In this document: in pieces, positions 60,443 to 64,000 of the stretch
How positions within the stretch are numbered: position 1 is the stretch's first letter
Layout: every line of letters begins with the position of its first letter
NCBI GenBank assembly: GCA_004524535.1
Contig: SDNY01000001.1
Coordinates: 46,354-110,353, forward strand
Source: Promethearchaeota archaeon
Lineage (GTDB): Archaea; Asgardarchaeota; Lokiarchaeia; Sigyniarchaeales; SOKP01
Direction of reading: 5' to 3'
DNA length: 64,000 bases
Translations under genes and position numbers: made by a program
The notes under the pieces: model-generated
Seen by the model: only the letters and a program-made list of their open reading frames with translations
What the model was told of the DNA's origin: nothing
The model's database searches: none

Positions 60443-63361
60443 ATGACTAATACCTATCAATATATCAAATTTTTTGAAGAAGTAAGACGCTCAGATGTCG
60501 GACTAGTAGGAGGTAAGAATTCTTCCCTTGGAGAGCTGTTAAGTTTTGATATTCCTGTGCCCTTAGGATTTGCTGTGACATCAGCTGGTTATGATCTTAT
60601 ATTAGATTCTAATAAATTTACAATTAAGGGAAAGGAAGTTACGCTTAGAGAATTAATTTCTAGGGATATTGGTAAAATTTCTGCTGAATTAAAGAGTGAA
60701 GATATTAAATCAATTGAAAAACTTGATAAAATTTGCGCTAACATCCGTTATATTATAGAAAAAGCTAAAATCCCTGATAATTTAGCGGAAGAAATTTTAG
60801 ATGCTTATCATAAATTAACTGAGAAAATTGGAGAAGAATCAACATTTGCGATCAGAAGTTCAGCAACAGCAGAAGATTTGCCCGATGCTTCTTTTGCAGG
60901 GCAACAAGACACTCATTTAAATATAACAGGAGATAAAGAAATATTGGAATATGTTCTAAAGGATATGGCATCAATCTTTACTACTCGTGCCACGATGTAT
61001 CGAGAAAGAGCAGGATTCGATCACTTTGCTGTTAAGTTAAGTGTTGGAGTACAGGAGATGGCTGGGGGATTAGGGGGTGTAAAAGCTTCAGGAGTAATGT
61101 TTACTGAAGATCCAGATAGTGGTAACAATTGTGTAGTAGTAATTCGAGGAACGTGGGGGCTTGGAGAATTAATTGTACAGGGTGTAGAAAAAGGAGATGA
61201 GGTTATTGTTTTTAAACATGCTCCTAAATTAAGAATTATCCGCAAAGAATTAGTGAAAAAGGAAAAGATGATGATTTTTAATCCTGAAGAAAAGGTGGGT
61301 ACTATAACAGTTCCCGTATCACAAGAAAAACAAAATAAATTTTGTTTAACTGATGAACAAGCCTTAATCCTTGCTAAAAACGCTATTAAAATACGAGAAC
61401 ATTATGGTGTACCAATGGATATTGAATGGGCGTTAGGAAATAATGATAAAGTTTATATTGTTCAAGCACGTCCAGAGACAGTTCATTCTCAAAAAGGTGA
61501 TACCGAAGAAATTTTTTATTTACTCGAAAATACTGATAAATTGAGTGAGGAAGGATTACTAGTAGAAAATTCAGGTATCGCAATCGGCAGACGTATTGGT
61601 TATGGAAAAGTTAAAGTAATTGAGAATATTGCTGATGCTCACTTATTAAGAGAAGGAGATATTTTAATTACAGAAGAGACAAATCCCGATTGGACATCTT
61701 ATATGCAAAATTTAGGTGGAGTTATAACTGAAAAAGGAGGTCCTACATGTCATGCTGCGATTGTATCAAGAGAATTAAGTATTTCTTCAATTGTAGGTGC
61801 TGATAATATTGTCCAAATTATGAAAGAGAAACAACGTGACGGTATAGAATATGTAACTGTTGATTGTAGTGAAGGTGAGCCTAGAATATGGTTAAAGGAT
61901 GTTGAATATGACTTTGATACAATAGAATTTGCCAATCTGCCACGAACCAAAACTAAAGTATTAGTTAATTTGGGTATTCCAAAAGGAGCTTTATCTTCAG
62001 GCAAACATCCTGATGGAACTGGCTTAGCTCGATTAGAATTTATAATTAATGATGAGGCCCAAGTTCATCCTAACGCGCTTATTGATTATGAAGCTCTATT
62101 AATGAGATATGATATTTTATTAGAACAAAGAAAAAAGATTGAAAATATAAAAAAGAGCGATTTGTACTATAAAGATCCATTTAACGAAGAAATTAAAAAA
62201 TTAAGAAAGACTTTGGATAAAATAGAAGAATTAACTGTTGGATATGATGATAAAGAGGAATATTATATTGAAAAATTAGCCGAAGGAATTGCTACTATAG
62301 CTGCAGCCGTGTGGAAAGAATTGCCTGATGGGAATATAGCGGAATGTGTTGTGAGACTCTCTGATTTTAAAACTAATGAGTATTATGATCTACTAGGAGG
62401 TTGGATTTATGAAGGTGCAGAAAACAACCCACTTCTTGGCTGGAGAGGTTGCTCTCGTTATACTTCAGACGATTTTCAAAATGCTTTTCTTTTAGAATTA
62501 AGAGCAATTAAGAGAGTGAGGGAATGGGGGCTTACAAATGTGATTCCAATGTTGCCTTTCTGCCGAAGTCCAGAAGAGTGTCAAAAAATAATAGATCTTA
62601 TGGAATCTGAAGGTCTTGTGCGAGCTGAAAATGGAGGGATAGACGGATTAAAAGTATATGTTATGGCAGAGATTCCATCAAATATTATCTGTGCAGATTT
62701 ATTTAGTAAAATCGTTGATGGATTCTCAATTGGAAGCAATGATCTTACAATGTTAACTTATGGAGTTGATAGAGATGAAGCTAAACTGATTTCAATTATG
62801 AAGGACTATTCATATACCACTAATAGTGAAGCAATGCGTAGATCTTTAAGTCATCTTATTAAAACTGCTCATGAGTATGGTAGAAAGGTTGGAATTTGCG
62901 GACAGGCCCCTAGTGATGACCCAGATTTTCTCAGATTCTTAGTTCAAAAAGGTATTGATTCTATTTCTTTAAACTTTGATACATTTGCTAAAGGCAGGAT
63001 AAATACTTGGAGAACTGAGATAATTGAATCAATTAAGGATGAAAATAAAGTTCAAGCATATAAACTTATTAGTGAATGTGATGAATTGATTGAGAAAATG
63101 AGAGTTCCAAGAGGTAAACTTCATAATTTAGCAAGAAAGCAACTTAAAGAAGTAGATCCTGAACTTCAGGAATATAGCGAAAAATTCGATAATATTTTTA
63201 AGGAGATTCAAGAATTATCTAATAATTTCGTCAAAGAGATTGATCAAGGAAATATTAAAGATTTTAATGAGTTTTACGATAATTATAATGGTAAAATAAA
63301 AGAATTTGGAGAACAAGTTCCCGCAATACGAAAAAATATTCGTAAATTTGGAATTTATTAA
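60443..63361 (+). CDS. ppsA: Phosphoenolpyruvate synthase
   Basis: VGGKNSSLGEL, RSSATAEDLPDASFAGQQ, TCHAAIVSRE, SIGSNDL, GICGQAPS. Confidence 0.95.
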   Translation: MTNTYQYIKFFEEVRRSDVGLVGGKNSSLGELLSFDIPVPLGFAVTSAGYDLILDSNKFTIKGKEVTLRELISRDIGKISAELKSEDIKSIEKLDKICANIRYIIEKAKIPDNLAEEILDAYHKLTEKIGEESTFAIRSSATAEDLPDASFAGQQDTHLNITGDKEILEYVLKDMASIFTTRATMYRERAGFDHFAVKLSVGVQEMAGGLGGVKASGVMFTEDPDSGNNCVVVIRGTWGLGELIVQGVEKGDEVIVFKHAPKLRIIRKELVKKEKMMIFNPEEKVGTITVPVSQEKQNKFCLTDEQALILAKNAIKIREHYGVPMDIEWALGNNDKVYIVQARPETVHSQKGDTEEIFYLLENTDKLSEEGLLVENSGIAIGRRIGYGKVKVIENIADAHLLREGDILITEETNPDWTSYMQNLGGVITEKGGPTCHAAIVSRELSISSIVGADNIVQIMKEKQRDGIEYVTVDCSEGEPRIWLKDVEYDFDTIEFANLPRTKTKVLVNLGIPKGALSSGKHPDGTGLARLEFIINDEAQVHPNALIDYEALLMRYDILLEQRKKIENIKKSDLYYKDPFNEEIKKLRKTLDKIEELTVGYDDKEEYYIEKLAEGIATIAAAVWKELPDGNIAECVVRLSDFKTNEYYDLLGGWIYEGAENNPLLGWRGCSRYTSDDFQNAFLLELRAIKRVREWGLTNVIPMLPFCRSPEECQKIIDLMESEGLVRAENGGIDGLKVYVMAEIPSNIICADLFSKIVDGFSIGSNDLTMLTYGVDRDEAKLISIMKDYSYTTNSEAMRRSLSHLIKTAHEYGRKVGICGQAPSDDPDFLRFLVQKGIDSISLNFDTFAKGRINTWRTEIIESIKDENKVQAYKLISECDELIEKMRVPRGKLHNLARKQLKEVDPELQEYSEKFDNIFKEIQELSNNFVKEIDQGNIKDFNEFYDNYNGKIKEFGEQVPAIRKNIRKFGIY

Positions 63362-63536
63362 ATTATCCAATCAAAACTTTATAAAAAACAATTTTTAACT
63401 TTACTCATTTTTTAGCTTTTTTAGTAAAATCAAAAAAATTAAATTCTAATAAATATTTCACAAATAAACTCTAATAAACTCTTTCAATTATTAATTTTTA
63501 TCCTTTTACTAAAACCTCTAAAGAAAGTGATCTTAA

Positions 63537-63815
63537 ATGCCACGAAAAAAATTTAGTGAAGCAATAGAAAAAAGCCTTAAAAATGTAGAGGGTCTACTTA
63601 ATGGTATGCTTCAAGATCGCTCTGTTCCTCGAAATATTAAAAGAGTCGCTCAAAAAGGTATAAATATGTTATATGACAGCGATGACACCGCTGGAATTCT
63701 CGCCTCAAATGTTATGTATTTAGTAGATGATCTTTCACAAGATCCTAATATCCCGTTTGCGGCACGAACAACATTATATAGAATTATCTCAATTCTAGAA
63801 ACAATAAAGGATTAA
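63537..63815 (+). CDS. UPF0147-family protein
   Basis: DRSVPRNIKR...DPNIPFAARTTLYRIISILE. Confidence 0.85.
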   Translation: MPRKKFSEAIEKSLKNVEGLLNGMLQDRSVPRNIKRVAQKGINMLYDSDDTAGILASNVMYLVDDLSQDPNIPFAARTTLYRIISILETIKD

Positions 63816-63925
63816 TTTTTAGATTTTTAGATGAGAAATTATTTTATTTCTTTATAATTGAGGAAATTTTAACTATTCCAAATCTTACTTTTTTTTAATT
63901 TTCTCATCTTAAATAACTTTTTTAT

Positions 63926-64000
63926 CTAGTTTCTATACATTTTTGATTTATGTCGGAGTAACTCTAAGACAGGTGTAAAGATTAAATATCCTGATTCTTC
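63926..64000 (-). CDS. 3' end of a gene entering from the right edge
   Basis: Minus frame EESGYLIFTPVLELLRHKSKMYRN*; only 25 codons visible. Confidence 0.3.
   Translation of the reverse strand, partial: EESGYLIFTPVLELLRHKSKMYRN

Noticed and set aside
448-62004. Short ORFs antisense to or overlapping long genes (e.g. 448..696, 11803..12135, 24849..25226, 27893..28396, 39214..39573, 61750..62004)
   Set aside because: Shadow frames of well-supported genes with no motifs of their own.

Overview
Very AT-rich archaeal chromosomal DNA, most likely Asgard/Lokiarchaeia. This is inferred from two Rag-like GTPase-roadblock proteins, longin-like proteins, an eL13-HhH fusion, many double zinc-ribbon proteins, UPF0147 and an archaeosortase. 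The left part (1-13 kb) is an envelope/lipid-modification-like cluster: GT2, LbH acyltransferase, LuxE-like synthetase, hydrolase, radical SAMs, a PHP-glycosidase fusion and a deacetylase. The middle holds housekeeping and signalling genes (ogg, PfkB kinase, eL13, GTPases, thrC, hom, ClC, mtrH). The standout is 39.8-54.4 kb: nine intact, head-to-tail ~1.47-kb units, each encoding a GT87/DUF2029-like GT-C glycosyltransferase, directly downstream of an archaeosortase gene. Each unit carries its own conserved promoter-like spacer, and seven of the eight internal junctions carry a duplicated 3' tail of the archaeosortase gene. The copies are mosaics, with hypervariable loops on a near-invariant scaffold. 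This is a candidate surface-glycan diversification array. No tRNA, rRNA, CRISPR array, integrase, transposase or reverse transcriptase was recognised. All family calls come from motif recognition by eye, not database searches.
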